Assembly (NCBI GenBank): GCA_965195285.1
Contig: CBDAFS010000015.1
Location: 64,001 to 128,000 of the forward strand
From: an uncultured Aminicenantes bacterium
GTDB lineage: Bacteria; Acidobacteriota; Aminicenantia; UBA2199
Length of the DNA: 64,000 bases
Reading direction: 5' to 3'
Shown: positions 1-9,069 of the stretch, one piece after another
Position numbering within the stretch: position 1 is the first letter of the stretch
Layout of the letters: each line of letters starts with the position of its first letter
Made by a program: the position numbers and the translations under genes
The notes under the pieces: model-generated
What the model saw: the letters and a program-made list of their open reading frames with translations, nothing else
Databases searched by the model: none
What the model was told of the DNA's origin: nothing

Positions 1-123
1 AGTTGGCTTTTTCATTGTGATTGGAATAGTTAAGTCAAGATGGGCGTTGAGCATATAACCATGCATATCTGTTTGCCTGAGCATTCCGAGTAAAAGTAAT
101 TTACGTTCATTAATCATAGACAT
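1..123 (-). CDS. PadR-family transcriptional regulator, N-terminal part (runs off window start)
   Basis: Hand translation of the minus strand from ATG at 123 gives MSMINERKLLLLGMLRQTDMHGYMLNAHLDLTIPITMKKPT, with the LLGML...MHGY PadR wHTH start. Not in the ORF track. Confidence 0.75.
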   Translation of the reverse strand, partial: MSMINERKLLLLGMLRQTDMHGYMLNAHLDLTIPITMKKPT

Positions 124-135
124 TATAAATCCTTA

Positions 136-185
136 TAGTCAGTTCTGACTGTTTATAGTTTAGTCAAAACTGACTATATTGTCAA
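136..185 (-). promoter_or_regulatory. sigma70 promoter of the padR-like gene with two palindromic operators
   Basis: Minus strand TTGACA (180-185), 17 bp spacer, TAAACT (157-162). Palindromes TAGTCA-N4-TGACTG (136-151) and TAGTCA-N4-TGACTA (161-176). Confidence 0.7.
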
Positions 186-215
186 GTAGGTAGAATAATT
201 TTTTTATTTTTTTTC

Positions 216-263
216 AAAAGGGGGGTGACGAAAAGGGGGTGACGCTAAAGGGGGTGACGGTGC
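216..263 (+). repeat. Three tandem AAAGGGGGTGACG motifs, the last extended to GGGGTGACGGTGC
   Basis: Read directly. The reverse complement GCACCGTC(A/C)CC recurs at 49297, 57330 and 63384. Confidence 0.8.
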
Positions 264-530
264 TTGTAAACTTGTATTTATCTCACCTCAGCTTTTCAAC
301 CGCACTTTTCTTTTCCCTCTTATTGTATTGATGGATGGTGTGATTTGAACTTAACTTCAGGATATTCATTTGCTTTCGGTTCTGTCGGATACCACACTTA
401 CACCCAGCATAAGAGCCGCTGGGATTTGGAAGAGAGAAATCAGAGCGGGAATCAACCGTTGCACAATTGAATCAAAAAAAATTTAAAAGCTTAATTGTGA
501 AGATGAGAAGTTAAGAAGTTGAGAAAATGA

Positions 531-1328
531 CTATTTTTCTATGAGGATATTTTTTAGTTCTTTCAGGTTTCTGACTGCCTGGCCTTTATAGTGGTTGTTG
601 CCGGAGACAAAGATGGTCCGGGCTAATTTTTTTAATTTTTTCATCTTTTCAGCAATTTGAGTGAGTTCTTGAGTGCTGTAAGAGTAGTTGTAGCGGGCAT
701 CCCGCCCCTGATTGGAAAACCAGGACTGGTAATTGCGGCCGTGCAGCCGGAAATAGGATATCTCGGGGTGGGTCAGGTGCCAGGTCAGGGGAAGTGATTG
801 GGAGATAACCGGCTGGTCAATGTTGACCCAGATCATCCGGTTCTGCTTGAAAGCATCCATGGTTTCTTCCCGGTTCCAGCTGTTGTGGCGGAATTCAACG
901 GCAAAAGTATGAGACTGGAAATACTTCTGCAGGTTCATTAAGTAATCGAAATTATCGGTTGATAACTTGAATGAATACGGAAACTGAGCCAGGAATCCTG
1001 CCAGTTTATTGGATTGAATCAGGGGCTGGCAGGAATTAAAAAAATCCTTCATGTCATTTTCAGCCCATTCCCGTTTGTGGGTAAAATGTTGATAAATCTT
1101 TATCCAGAACGAAAAGTGCGGGAGTGATTCTGTTTTTGATACCCATCCGTTTGTCAGTTTCAAGGAGGGAATCCGGTAAAATGTGGTGTTTACTTCAACA
1201 AAATCAAAATCTCGGGAAAGAAACAGCAGCGGGTTAAAAAAAGGTTCCCTGGGGACGGGGTAGACAGTGTCCTCCCAGTCTTTATAACTCCATCCGGCGG
1301 TTCCAAACAGATACTGTGCGTCGGTCAT
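531..1328 (-). CDS. DUF72 (YecE-like) domain protein
   Basis: GTAGWSYKDW, VEVNTTFY, EFRH.SW, YFRLHGRN and RYNYSYS motifs. Confidence 0.9.
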   Translation of the reverse strand: MTDAQYLFGTAGWSYKDWEDTVYPVPREPFFNPLLFLSRDFDFVEVNTTFYRIPSLKLTNGWVSKTESLPHFSFWIKIYQHFTHKREWAENDMKDFFNSCQPLIQSNKLAGFLAQFPYSFKLSTDNFDYLMNLQKYFQSHTFAVEFRHNSWNREETMDAFKQNRMIWVNIDQPVISQSLPLTWHLTHPEISYFRLHGRNYQSWFSNQGRDARYNYSYSTQELTQIAEKMKKLKKLARTIFVSGNNHYKGQAVRNLKELKNILIEK

Positions 1329-1332
1329 TGGA

Positions 1333-1749
1333 TCAGGGTTTTAAATTCAGCAGGTCGGACAAAAGCTTTTCCTGAAGTTTTTCCATTTCTCCGGTGTCCT
1401 GTTCATGATCGTAGCCGGCCAGGTGGAGAATGCCGTGGATCATCAGCCTCAATAATTCGTTATTTGGGGGAATGTCGAATTTTTGAGCCTGTTCATGTGC
1501 CAGGGGAAAGCAGATGAAGATATCTCCCAGGTAAAATCCCCCGGGGAGTTGTTGCTGAAGGGGAAAACTCAACACATCGGTGGGATAATCTTTTTGTAAA
1601 TATTCCAGGTTTAAGGCCTGAGATTCCTGGCTGGATCCCAGTTTTATGGAAATGTCTCCCTTGAGGTCCAGTATCCGGGAAAGTTCGGATAATCTGGAAA
1701 CAAAGTATTTCTCATCTATTTTATGCCTATTTTTGATTAGATTTATCAT
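1333..1749 (-). CDS. ybeY: rRNA maturation endoribonuclease YbeY
   Basis: PTDVLSF, LGDI and HGILHLAGYDH metal motif. Start moved to the ATG at 1749. Confidence 0.93.
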   Translation of the reverse strand: MINLIKNRHKIDEKYFVSRLSELSRILDLKGDISIKLGSSQESQALNLEYLQKDYPTDVLSFPLQQQLPGGFYLGDIFICFPLAHEQAQKFDIPPNNELLRLMIHGILHLAGYDHEQDTGEMEKLQEKLLSDLLNLKP

Positions 1750-4021
1750 GATGGTGGTTTTCTTTAAAGTCAAAGCCGGGATACGATATTCTCATATTGT
1801 AAATAGAGGATAATTTTTTTAAAAATCCATTGGCGATGATATTTAAGGCTTTGAAGGTGATGCCTTCACCGGCATCAAATTGTTTTTCTTCTATATTGGT
1901 GTCGATTATTTGTTGAATGACATTTCGAATCTCTTCATCAGTGGGAGAGGCCAGGCTTTTGGAGGCCGCTTCCACCTGGTCGGCCAGCATAATAATGGCA
2001 TTTTCAATGTTCTGAGGTTTTTCCCCCGGATATTTGAAATTTTTTTCATCAATTTCCTCGGCTTCGGCATCATTCTGTTCCAGGGCCTTATCGTAAAAAA
2101 AATGAACCAGTTTGGTTCCGTGATGCTGGGATATAGAAGAAGATACCACCTGGGGGATTTTCAGTTTCTTGGCGATTTCAAGCCCGTCAGGAATATGGGC
2201 GATGATCATTTTGGCACTTTCCTGAGGTGACAGCTTGTCATGGGGGTTATCCGGATAAAGGGTGTTGTTTTCGGTAAAAAACTGCGGGGTTTCAATTTTA
2301 CCGATATCATGGTAAAGAGCCATGGCTGTAATCAGGTAAGGAGATAATTTTAAATCGAGAGCAGCGGTTTCCGAGAGTGTGGCCACCATCAGGGAATGAT
2401 GGTAGGTGCCCGGAGCCTTTTCCAGCATTTCCCGGAATATCGGGAGATTCAAATTGTTGAGCTCAATGAGCTTCAAATCACTGATCAGATTAAAAATAAC
2501 TTCCCAGAGGGGGATGATGAAATTGGCTAAAATAGCCGAGAGAATGGCTGATATACCGCCCATGAACAGATTGAATGCCATCAGGGACACATCCATATTT
2601 GGATCGGTCAGGTTAAAGAGCAATATGAAAAAAATGTTAATAGGAATCAGCCAGAAGATACTGGCCTTCAGGATAGGGGAACGTTTGATTCGCTGGTAGT
2701 ATTCAATGGCATAGGTAATGAACAGGTTTCCTACCAGTATATAAAGAACAATGGATAAATCCCAATCGCATATAATACCGCCGATAATGGAATTGATAAA
2801 GGAATATATAACCGCGCTTTCAAGAGTAAAGATGAACGCAATAAGCAGGGCGCTGAAACCAAAGGGAATGGCAAAGTATATACTGTCAATGTTGTAGTTT
2901 AGGTCAAAAGAAATATTTTTCAGAATCAAAGGAAATAAAAATATCGATATCCGGTAGATGACTGCACTCAAAAAGAGGGTGGTACAGGTGACAACGAACA
3001 GTTTGTGCCGGTTTAAATCACCGGATTTCCAGGTATTGAAAAATTTGGCAATAAACAGGAATAAGAATCCCATTATGGCCAGTATCAGATAATAACTGGA
3101 CAGTTTTTTCCCCCTTATTTTTTGCTCTGACGCAATCAATTTGATTATTTTAATATCTTCCGGGCTGATTTCATCTCCCTTTCTCAGAATGACTTTACCG
3201 GATTTTAGTTTGATGATAACCGGATTTATTTGAGCAGAGGCGTTGGCTTCCTCTTCTCGGGTAAGGGTTATTGAATAGGCCAGATTCACATCGATAAATT
3301 CCATGAAGATCAATGACAGAATCTCGATTTCCTGAGGAGATAGTTGCTGATCCTTGAGAAAAGCATTCAATAAAATCTGGACATCCCTCAAATCTTTGAC
3401 ATCCTCTATTTTGAGGATTTGCTGTTCACGGTTCTTGGAAACCACCTTGATGGTTCCTTCTTTGCTTTTTTTGGCACCTAATGTTGAAGCCAGAATTCCG
3501 GCTTTTTCAATCTGATCGATAAATTCAAACAGCTTATTCAGATTGACTTTAAAAAATGGATTGGAAAGCAGGATGTATTTCAGCTGTTTTTCATTGATCA
3601 CAATCCCGAAGGTTTTTTCAATGGTAGACTTGATACCGGGAAGTTCCTTTCGGTTTTTTATGTACTTTTTACGCGATTGTCGGAGCAACTGATACCATTC
3701 ATTGATGAGTCCTTTGGCTTTTCCCTGGTTTTCCGCATAGTATTCGTAAACCGGGGTTACATTTTCAATGGCGGCTTTTCTTTTTTCATTGGTGCTTATT
3801 TTGTCTTCAACCGTGATATCTTTTTTAATGATAATATTCTCTTTGACGATATTTCCGGCTTTGAACGTATGATCCGCGATGGGTTTTTCCTGGGGAATAT
3901 ATAAAACATAAGAAATAGCCAGAATAAAGGCCATGGCAACCAGAATTTTTATCAACGAAGGGCGCTTCCGCTTACCTTCGGTGGAATTATAATTTTTGAA
4001 GAAATTCAGCTCAAATTTCAT
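1727..4021 (-). CDS. pgpH: 7TM-HD membrane phosphohydrolase (PgpH/YqfF-like, probable c-di-AMP phosphodiesterase)
   Basis: N-terminal TM, large extracytoplasmic domain and several TM helices, then APGTYHHS, YHDIGK, HHGT and IIMLAD. Classical phoH-yqfF-ybeY synteny. Confidence 0.85.
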   Translation of the reverse strand: MKFELNFFKNYNSTEGKRKRPSLIKILVAMAFILAISYVLYIPQEKPIADHTFKAGNIVKENIIIKKDITVEDKISTNEKRKAAIENVTPVYEYYAENQGKAKGLINEWYQLLRQSRKKYIKNRKELPGIKSTIEKTFGIVINEKQLKYILLSNPFFKVNLNKLFEFIDQIEKAGILASTLGAKKSKEGTIKVVSKNREQQILKIEDVKDLRDVQILLNAFLKDQQLSPQEIEILSLIFMEFIDVNLAYSITLTREEEANASAQINPVIIKLKSGKVILRKGDEISPEDIKIIKLIASEQKIRGKKLSSYYLILAIMGFLFLFIAKFFNTWKSGDLNRHKLFVVTCTTLFLSAVIYRISIFLFPLILKNISFDLNYNIDSIYFAIPFGFSALLIAFIFTLESAVIYSFINSIIGGIICDWDLSIVLYILVGNLFITYAIEYYQRIKRSPILKASIFWLIPINIFFILLFNLTDPNMDVSLMAFNLFMGGISAILSAILANFIIPLWEVIFNLISDLKLIELNNLNLPIFREMLEKAPGTYHHSLMVATLSETAALDLKLSPYLITAMALYHDIGKIETPQFFTENNTLYPDNPHDKLSPQESAKMIIAHIPDGLEIAKKLKIPQVVSSSISQHHGTKLVHFFYDKALEQNDAEAEEIDEKNFKYPGEKPQNIENAIIMLADQVEAASKSLASPTDEEIRNVIQQIIDTNIEEKQFDAGEGITFKALNIIANGFLKKLSSIYNMRISYPGFDFKENHHHDKSNQK

Positions 4022-4958
4022 TTTTCTTGGTTTCGTAGGCTTCTATGATTTTTTGAACCAATTCATGTCTCACCACATCGGTGGCATTCAGGTGAACGAT
4101 TTTGATTCCTTTAATTGGTTTGAGTATTTTAAGGGCTTTAAATATACCTGATTTTTTAGGTTCATTCAAATCAATCTGGGAAATGTCAGCAGTGACCACG
4201 ACTTTTGAATGTTGTCCAAATCGGGTGAGAAACATCTTCATCTGGGCTCTGGAGGTATTTTGACCTTCATCCAGGATAATAAAGGCATTGTTGATAGTCC
4301 TGCCCCGCATATAGGCCAGGGGAGCGATTTCTATGATTCCTTTGTCGATAAATTCCGAAGTTTTATCAAAACCGATGAAATAATACAATGCGTCATAAAG
4401 GGGCCTGAAATAAGGATTTACCTTCTGTTGGATGTCACCCGGCAGAAATCCCAGTTTTTCTCCGGCTTCCACGACCGGTCGGGTCAGTACAATTCGCTCT
4501 ACTCTTTTTTTCAGTAAATATTGAAGTGCTACGGCAATGGCCAGGAAGGTTTTTCCGGTACCGGCCGGCCCGATGCTAAAGGCCAGATCATTGTCTAACA
4601 TAGCCTTGATATAGTTATTTTGATTATGGGTTTTGGGAGAGACTTCTTTTCCATTCAGTTTGAGCACGGATCTGGATTTTATTTCTTTCTCCATCAATTC
4701 GATTTTTCCATCATTGGCCAGGCTGAGACTGATTTTGAAATCATCTTCAGTGAAACTTCCGTTTTGTTTCAACGATTTCAGGATTTGTTTTATATATAGC
4801 CTGAAATTTTTTTTATCCCGGATTTGACCGTCAAACATAATCTTGTTTCCCCTCAGGGCAATATCTACATTAAACATGGATTCCAGTTGGGCAGTATATT
4901 TATTAATGATGGGAACTAGATCCTGGAAATGTGGATCCGGGTAGATTATTTCTTCCAT
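4011..4958 (-). CDS. phoH: PhoH family ATPase
   Basis: GPAGTGKT, LTRPVVEAGEKLGFLPGD, PLAYMRGRT and VVRHELV. Confidence 0.95.
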   Translation of the reverse strand: MEEIIYPDPHFQDLVPIINKYTAQLESMFNVDIALRGNKIMFDGQIRDKKNFRLYIKQILKSLKQNGSFTEDDFKISLSLANDGKIELMEKEIKSRSVLKLNGKEVSPKTHNQNNYIKAMLDNDLAFSIGPAGTGKTFLAIAVALQYLLKKRVERIVLTRPVVEAGEKLGFLPGDIQQKVNPYFRPLYDALYYFIGFDKTSEFIDKGIIEIAPLAYMRGRTINNAFIILDEGQNTSRAQMKMFLTRFGQHSKVVVTADISQIDLNEPKKSGIFKALKILKPIKGIKIVHLNATDVVRHELVQKIIEAYETKKNEI

Positions 4959-4991
4959 ATTTGATTGTTCCGTACCAAAATCATTATCTTA

Positions 4992-5020
4992 ATTATAAAT
5001 CTCAAAACCACATTTGTCAA
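4992..5020 (-). promoter_or_regulatory. Consensus sigma70 promoter of the phoH operon
   Basis: Minus strand TTGACA (5015-5020), 17 bp, TATAAT (4992-4997): a perfect consensus. Confidence 0.8.
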
Positions 5021-5141
5021 ATTCACAACCGGGATTCATCTGTGGTGTAAATGCGAAGCCAAGGGCGGGGTCCGAAAATCAAAAATAAAAAATTCAATTT
5101 TTTAAATTTATTATAATATTATAATAGCAGGAATAACAAAA

Positions 5142-6659
5142 ATGATTCGAAAGCAAATCTGTTATCTTTGTCTATTTTTTGTTTTTTCATCTACGTTGAT
5201 ATTCGCCAAGAGTAATGTCAAGTTAAAGCTCCCGGTTAGAATTTTTGTTGAAACCAGCCAGGTAAAAGAATTTGATAAAGAGAAATTCACACTATTTATA
5301 AATAATAAAAAAATCAAAATATTTAATATTTTAACAAAAAATAAATCCATTAGTAAAAAATCCGATATGGGGAGGAATTTCATACTCTCCTTTCAAACAA
5401 CCGAATATGATCAACAAGTATCTACTGGTATTTTTCACTTTATTACCCAAATTTTAGATACAACAGACCGTTTAATAATATTGACTCCTCTGAAAATTCA
5501 TAAGATGGAGGTTTCCAGAAATAAGATCAGCATGTTGGTAAAAATTGAGAAATTATTAAGAAATGATTTTCTTACCTGTAAACAATTAAAATTTTCTGTA
5601 GAGGAAGCTTTAAAAAATAAAATAATCAAATTGAAAAGAAGTTTGATCGATTCATACAAAAATATCTTTAATTTTAGTCAAAGTAATAAAGATGCCATCC
5701 AATTTCTAAACACTTATCCGAAAGAATTCCAGAATTTCAAGAATGAATTTTTGGTGCCTAACTACAGAATTATCAAGTTGATCACAGAGTTAATGGCCAC
5801 AAGTGGTGGAGAGAGGTGGTGGATACACTTTCAACACCGAGATATCTCTCCACTATTTTCCATGACAAAAGTCATCATTAACATGATTAAGGATTATGAA
5901 TCTCTACATTATAACAAATTGAATATTGATCAAAGTATTGCTCAGCTTAAAAAACAGTTACAATTTTCCAGTTCTTTTCCACAATATCAGTTTTCAAAAG
6001 AACTCATAAATAACCATATTAATTATAATGTTATTATGATGGGGAAACCAATAGATTGTGAATTACGTTCCTCCGTTGCTGAGTTTTTGGATCTCGAAAA
6101 AATCTTCAAAAATCTAACCCTTTATACTGGCGGTATGATGGTCTGTACAACAGATGTGATTGACGGATTAAAAAATATTTCCAGACATACGGATTATTAC
6201 TATGAGCTGGTTTATAATTTTAATGGGCAATTTGAGAGGAAAAATATTCGAGTCGGTATACCGGATCAGAAAAAGAGTTTATATTACAGGAAATCATTCA
6301 GCAGAGATGAGATGGAATCATTAATTACTTTCCTTACCACACAAAAAATTCATATTGAAAAATTTTCCTTCCATGAAAAATATTTCAATTTTTTAGTTAC
6401 AAAATTCAAATTAGATGAAACTGGAAATTTTGGAATTTTAAAAATATTTGTTCGTGTGTTGGATTATCAAAAAAATGTGGTTTACAAAGAGGAAAAAATT
6501 CTCAGGACATTCAAGGATAAAGTTTCAATATCTCTTCCTCATCCCTCTTTGAAAACAGGAACTTATGAACTCATATTATCTGTATACGATTTGATTGCAA
6601 ACCATTATGCATCTCTACAGCATAATTTTTATTTTACTGAAAAATATGAATCCGAGTGA
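5142..6659 (+). CDS. Secreted VWA-like protein of Acidobacteria/Aminicenantes type, with C-terminal Ig-like domain
   Basis: Signal peptide, then PVRIF...F.LF.N, RNFILSF, TGG and YYELVY. Same layout as 31590..33197. Confidence 0.6.
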   Translation: MIRKQICYLCLFFVFSSTLIFAKSNVKLKLPVRIFVETSQVKEFDKEKFTLFINNKKIKIFNILTKNKSISKKSDMGRNFILSFQTTEYDQQVSTGIFHFITQILDTTDRLIILTPLKIHKMEVSRNKISMLVKIEKLLRNDFLTCKQLKFSVEEALKNKIIKLKRSLIDSYKNIFNFSQSNKDAIQFLNTYPKEFQNFKNEFLVPNYRIIKLITELMATSGGERWWIHFQHRDISPLFSMTKVIINMIKDYESLHYNKLNIDQSIAQLKKQLQFSSSFPQYQFSKELINNHINYNVIMMGKPIDCELRSSVAEFLDLEKIFKNLTLYTGGMMVCTTDVIDGLKNISRHTDYYYELVYNFNGQFERKNIRVGIPDQKKSLYYRKSFSRDEMESLITFLTTQKIHIEKFSFHEKYFNFLVTKFKLDETGNFGILKIFVRVLDYQKNVVYKEEKILRTFKDKVSISLPHPSLKTGTYELILSVYDLIANHYASLQHNFYFTEKYESE

Positions 6660-6660
6660 C
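6486..6660 (+). repeat. Direct repeat copy 1 (3' end of the VWA-like gene); copy 2 is at 7705-7864
   Basis: About 170 bp near-identical, starting aaagaggaaaaaattctcaggacattcaa. Copy 2 carries two small deletions. Confidence 0.95.
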
Positions 6661-6702
6661 TAACATTGATGATGTGTAATCGTTCCAAAAGGGAGGTATA
6701 AT

Positions 6703-7149
6703 ATGAAAGGAACCAGGGTGTATGCTTTAATGACAGTATTTTTTGTTCTTGCCATGACAGGGTCCGGTGGGGCAGGACCTGTAAAAAAAGATTTTATCAA
6801 TACGCTGGGCATGAAATTTGTGTACATTCCCGCGGGAAATTTTGTAATGGGAGCAGTCGAGATTATTGAGGATGACAATACCCCCACCCATAAAGTAACT
6901 ATCAGTAAAGGATTCTACCTGGGTATTCAGGAGGTAAACGCAGATCAATGGTATGCGGTGATGAAGAAGTATCCCGATGACAGTCGGGGTAAACTGCCGG
7001 TGGCCAATGTCTCCTGGCAGGATGTTCAGGCCTTTATCAATAAACTCAATGAGTTGGAAAAAACAACAAAATACCGGCTGCCCACCGAGGCCGAGTGGGA
7101 ATATGCTGCCCCTGCCGTAACCATTTTTTATGGTTTCATCCATAATTGA
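6703..7149 (+). pseudogene. Truncated formylglycine-generating-enzyme (FGE-sulfatase/SUMF1) domain protein
   Basis: Signal peptide, MKFVYIPAGNFVMG, PVANVSWQD and RLPTEAEWEYAA, then abrupt end. The GLYDMxGNVWEW half is missing. Confidence 0.8.
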
Positions 7150-7179
7150 ATTTATATTCCTTATATGATATCCTAAAAC

Positions 7180-7701
7180 ATGAAAAATCCAAATGACATT
7201 ATTGCAGTAATCGGTACCAATAAAGGTACTATTAAAATTAAACTTTTTTGGGAAGAAACACCAGTAACTTCTGGAAGTTTTGTGAATTTGATTCAACGAG
7301 GTTATTATAATGGGTTGATCTTTCACAGAGTTATTCCTGACTTCATGGTTCAGGGTGGTTGTCCTGATGGAATGGGAACAGGTGGACCGGGATATAATTT
7401 TGAAGATGAGTTTGTTTCAGAACTCAGACACGACAGCCCTGGAGTCTTGTCAATGGCAAATGCCGGTCCCGGTACAAACGGAAGTCAATTTTTTATTACT
7501 CATCTAAAAACCCCATGGTTAGATGATCATCATACTGTTTTTGGGAAAGTCCTTTCAGAAGATGACCAGACTGTAATAGACTCAATTGAAGGAAATGACA
7601 AAATTGAATCAATCCGTATTGAAGGTGATCCAGCAAAAATATTGAAAAAAATTGAAAATAGATTAACAGAATGGAATAAAATACTAGATAAAAAAGTTTA
7701 A
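7180..7701 (+). CDS. Cyclophilin-type peptidyl-prolyl cis-trans isomerase
   Basis: [33 protein letters not shown] and [10 protein letters not shown]. Confidence 0.95.
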   Translation: MKNPNDIIAVIGTNKGTIKIKLFWEETPVTSGSFVNLIQRGYYNGLIFHRVIPDFMVQGGCPDGMGTGGPGYNFEDEFVSELRHDSPGVLSMANAGPGTNGSQFFITHLKTPWLDDHHTVFGKVLSEDDQTVIDSIEGNDKIESIRIEGDPAKILKKIENRLTEWNKILDKKV

Positions 7702-7704
7702 AAT

Positions 7705-7864
7705 AAAGAGGAAAAAATTCTCAGGACATTCAAAGATAAAGTTTCAATATCTCTTCCACTTTGAAAACAAGTACTTATGAACTCATACTATCTGTATACG
7801 ATTTGATTGCAAACCATTATGCATCTCTACAGCACTTTTTTTATATTCATGAAAAATGAGTGAC
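7705..7864 (+). repeat. Direct repeat copy 2 (decayed duplicate of the VWA-like gene 3' end)
   Basis: Aligns with 6486-6660 and begins 3 bp after the cyclophilin stop. Confidence 0.95.
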
Positions 7865-7900
7865 ATAAAATAAAAATCAAAAAACAAAATAGATTTTGTA

Positions 7901-8536
7901 TTAATACTTAATCCCTCGGGCCACCACAAAAGAACCCCTGCCGTAACCATTTTTTACCGGCTCGATCTGGCATATCTCATCAAGGGGATTGAATAATGTT
8001 TGAACAAATAAAATATCTTCAAAAGAGGCATTGCCCAGTAATTCCGTGAGTTCTTCGGGAGAATAAAAAGTTGCCTGCTTGAAGAATATACTTACCTCTT
8101 TTTCCTGCTGGTATTTCATACCCAGGGGACTGAGTCTGTCAATAAATCCAATGACCAGATGCCCTCCGGCGGTCAGAATTCGATTGGCCTCTTTTAAACT
8201 ACTTTTTATATCATTTAAAAAACAAATGGTGGTAACCATCAGCACCAGATTAAAGGATTCATTGCGGAAAGGCAGTGTTTCGGCCACACCCTGGATAACA
8301 TGAATATCCCTGGCTCTGGCCAGTTTCAGCATGTTTTTGCTCGGATCAACCCCGGTTTTGATATTGAAGGAGCTGGAAAAACGGCCGGTTCCTACCCCGA
8401 TCTCCACAGCATTTGCACGTCGCGGCAGTAGCCGCTCCACAGCAAATACCTCGCTCTGATAAACCCAGTGGTATTTCTCATACCACCGGTCGTATTTTTC
8501 AGCAAAATTATTGAAAGGCTCGATTGCTTGACTCAT
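7901..8536 (-). CDS. Class I SAM-dependent methyltransferase (Methyltransf_11 type)
   Basis: VEIGVGTGRF, GVDPS, GVAETLPF and VTTICF. Confidence 0.9.
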   Translation of the reverse strand: MSQAIEPFNNFAEKYDRWYEKYHWVYQSEVFAVERLLPRRANAVEIGVGTGRFSSSFNIKTGVDPSKNMLKLARARDIHVIQGVAETLPFRNESFNLVLMVTTICFLNDIKSSLKEANRILTAGGHLVIGFIDRLSPLGMKYQQEKEVSIFFKQATFYSPEELTELLGNASFEDILFVQTLFNPLDEICQIEPVKNGYGRGSFVVARGIKY

Positions 8537-8724
8537 GTAGCTGGAATTTTTTTCTTCCGCATAAATTCAATCAGGTTTAAAATGGCCATCATACATTTTA
8601 AAGATGATTGATCCGCCTGTCAATTGAAACCTTCATTTCTGAAATAAGTAATATAAATATTACCAATTGAACCTTGAACATAATATCAGGCGATGTTCTG
8701 GAGTAGGTGTGAGTTTGCTGCGTC

Positions 8725-8753
8725 TTGACATTTTGGAGTGTTTATTTTATAAA
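8725..8753 (+). promoter_or_regulatory. sigma70 promoter of the ACP-kbl-kbl operon
   Basis: TTGACA, 17 bp, TATAAA. This implies the ORF-track TTG start at 8725 is not the real start. Confidence 0.7.
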
Positions 8754-8808
8754 AGATCATGCTGTTCAGGATAATTCAATATCTTTTGAAAAACCAAAGG
8801 AGATGCCC

Positions 8809-9060
8809 ATGCCGGATTTAAAAGAGGATATTTTAGATTATATCAAAGAGGAATATCTGGATGAAGACGAAGATATTGAAATCGGCTATGAAACCCACTT
8901 GATATCCGGTGGATTTGTCGATTCTTTTTCCATGGTGTCCTTAAAACGTTTCCTGGAAACCAATTATAAAATTCAAATTCCCGATGGCAAGGCCTCACCA
9001 GAGGCTTTTGATACGGTCAATAATATAGTCAAGCTTTTAAATGAATTCGGAATTCGATAA
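8809..9060 (+). CDS. Discrete acyl carrier protein
   Basis: 83 aa, acidic, with phosphopantetheine site LISGGFVDSFSMV. RBS AAGGAG lies 6 nt before ATG 8809. Confidence 0.88.
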   Translation: MPDLKEDILDYIKEEYLDEDEDIEIGYETHLISGGFVDSFSMVSLKRFLETNYKIQIPDGKASPEAFDTVNNIVKLLNEFGIR

Positions 9061-9069
9061 ATCAATCAC

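Noticed and set aside
280-470. tRNA or other structured RNA (GTTCAAATC on the minus strand, CCCAGC/GCTGGG hairpin)
   Set aside because: No cloverleaf can be built and I recognise no RNA family.
6486-7864. Diversity-generating retroelement (3'-end repeat pair next to an FGE/CLec-fold gene)
   Set aside because: Differences between the copies include indels and non-adenine changes, most adenines are unchanged, the repeat is not in the FGE gene, and there is no reverse transcriptase in the window.
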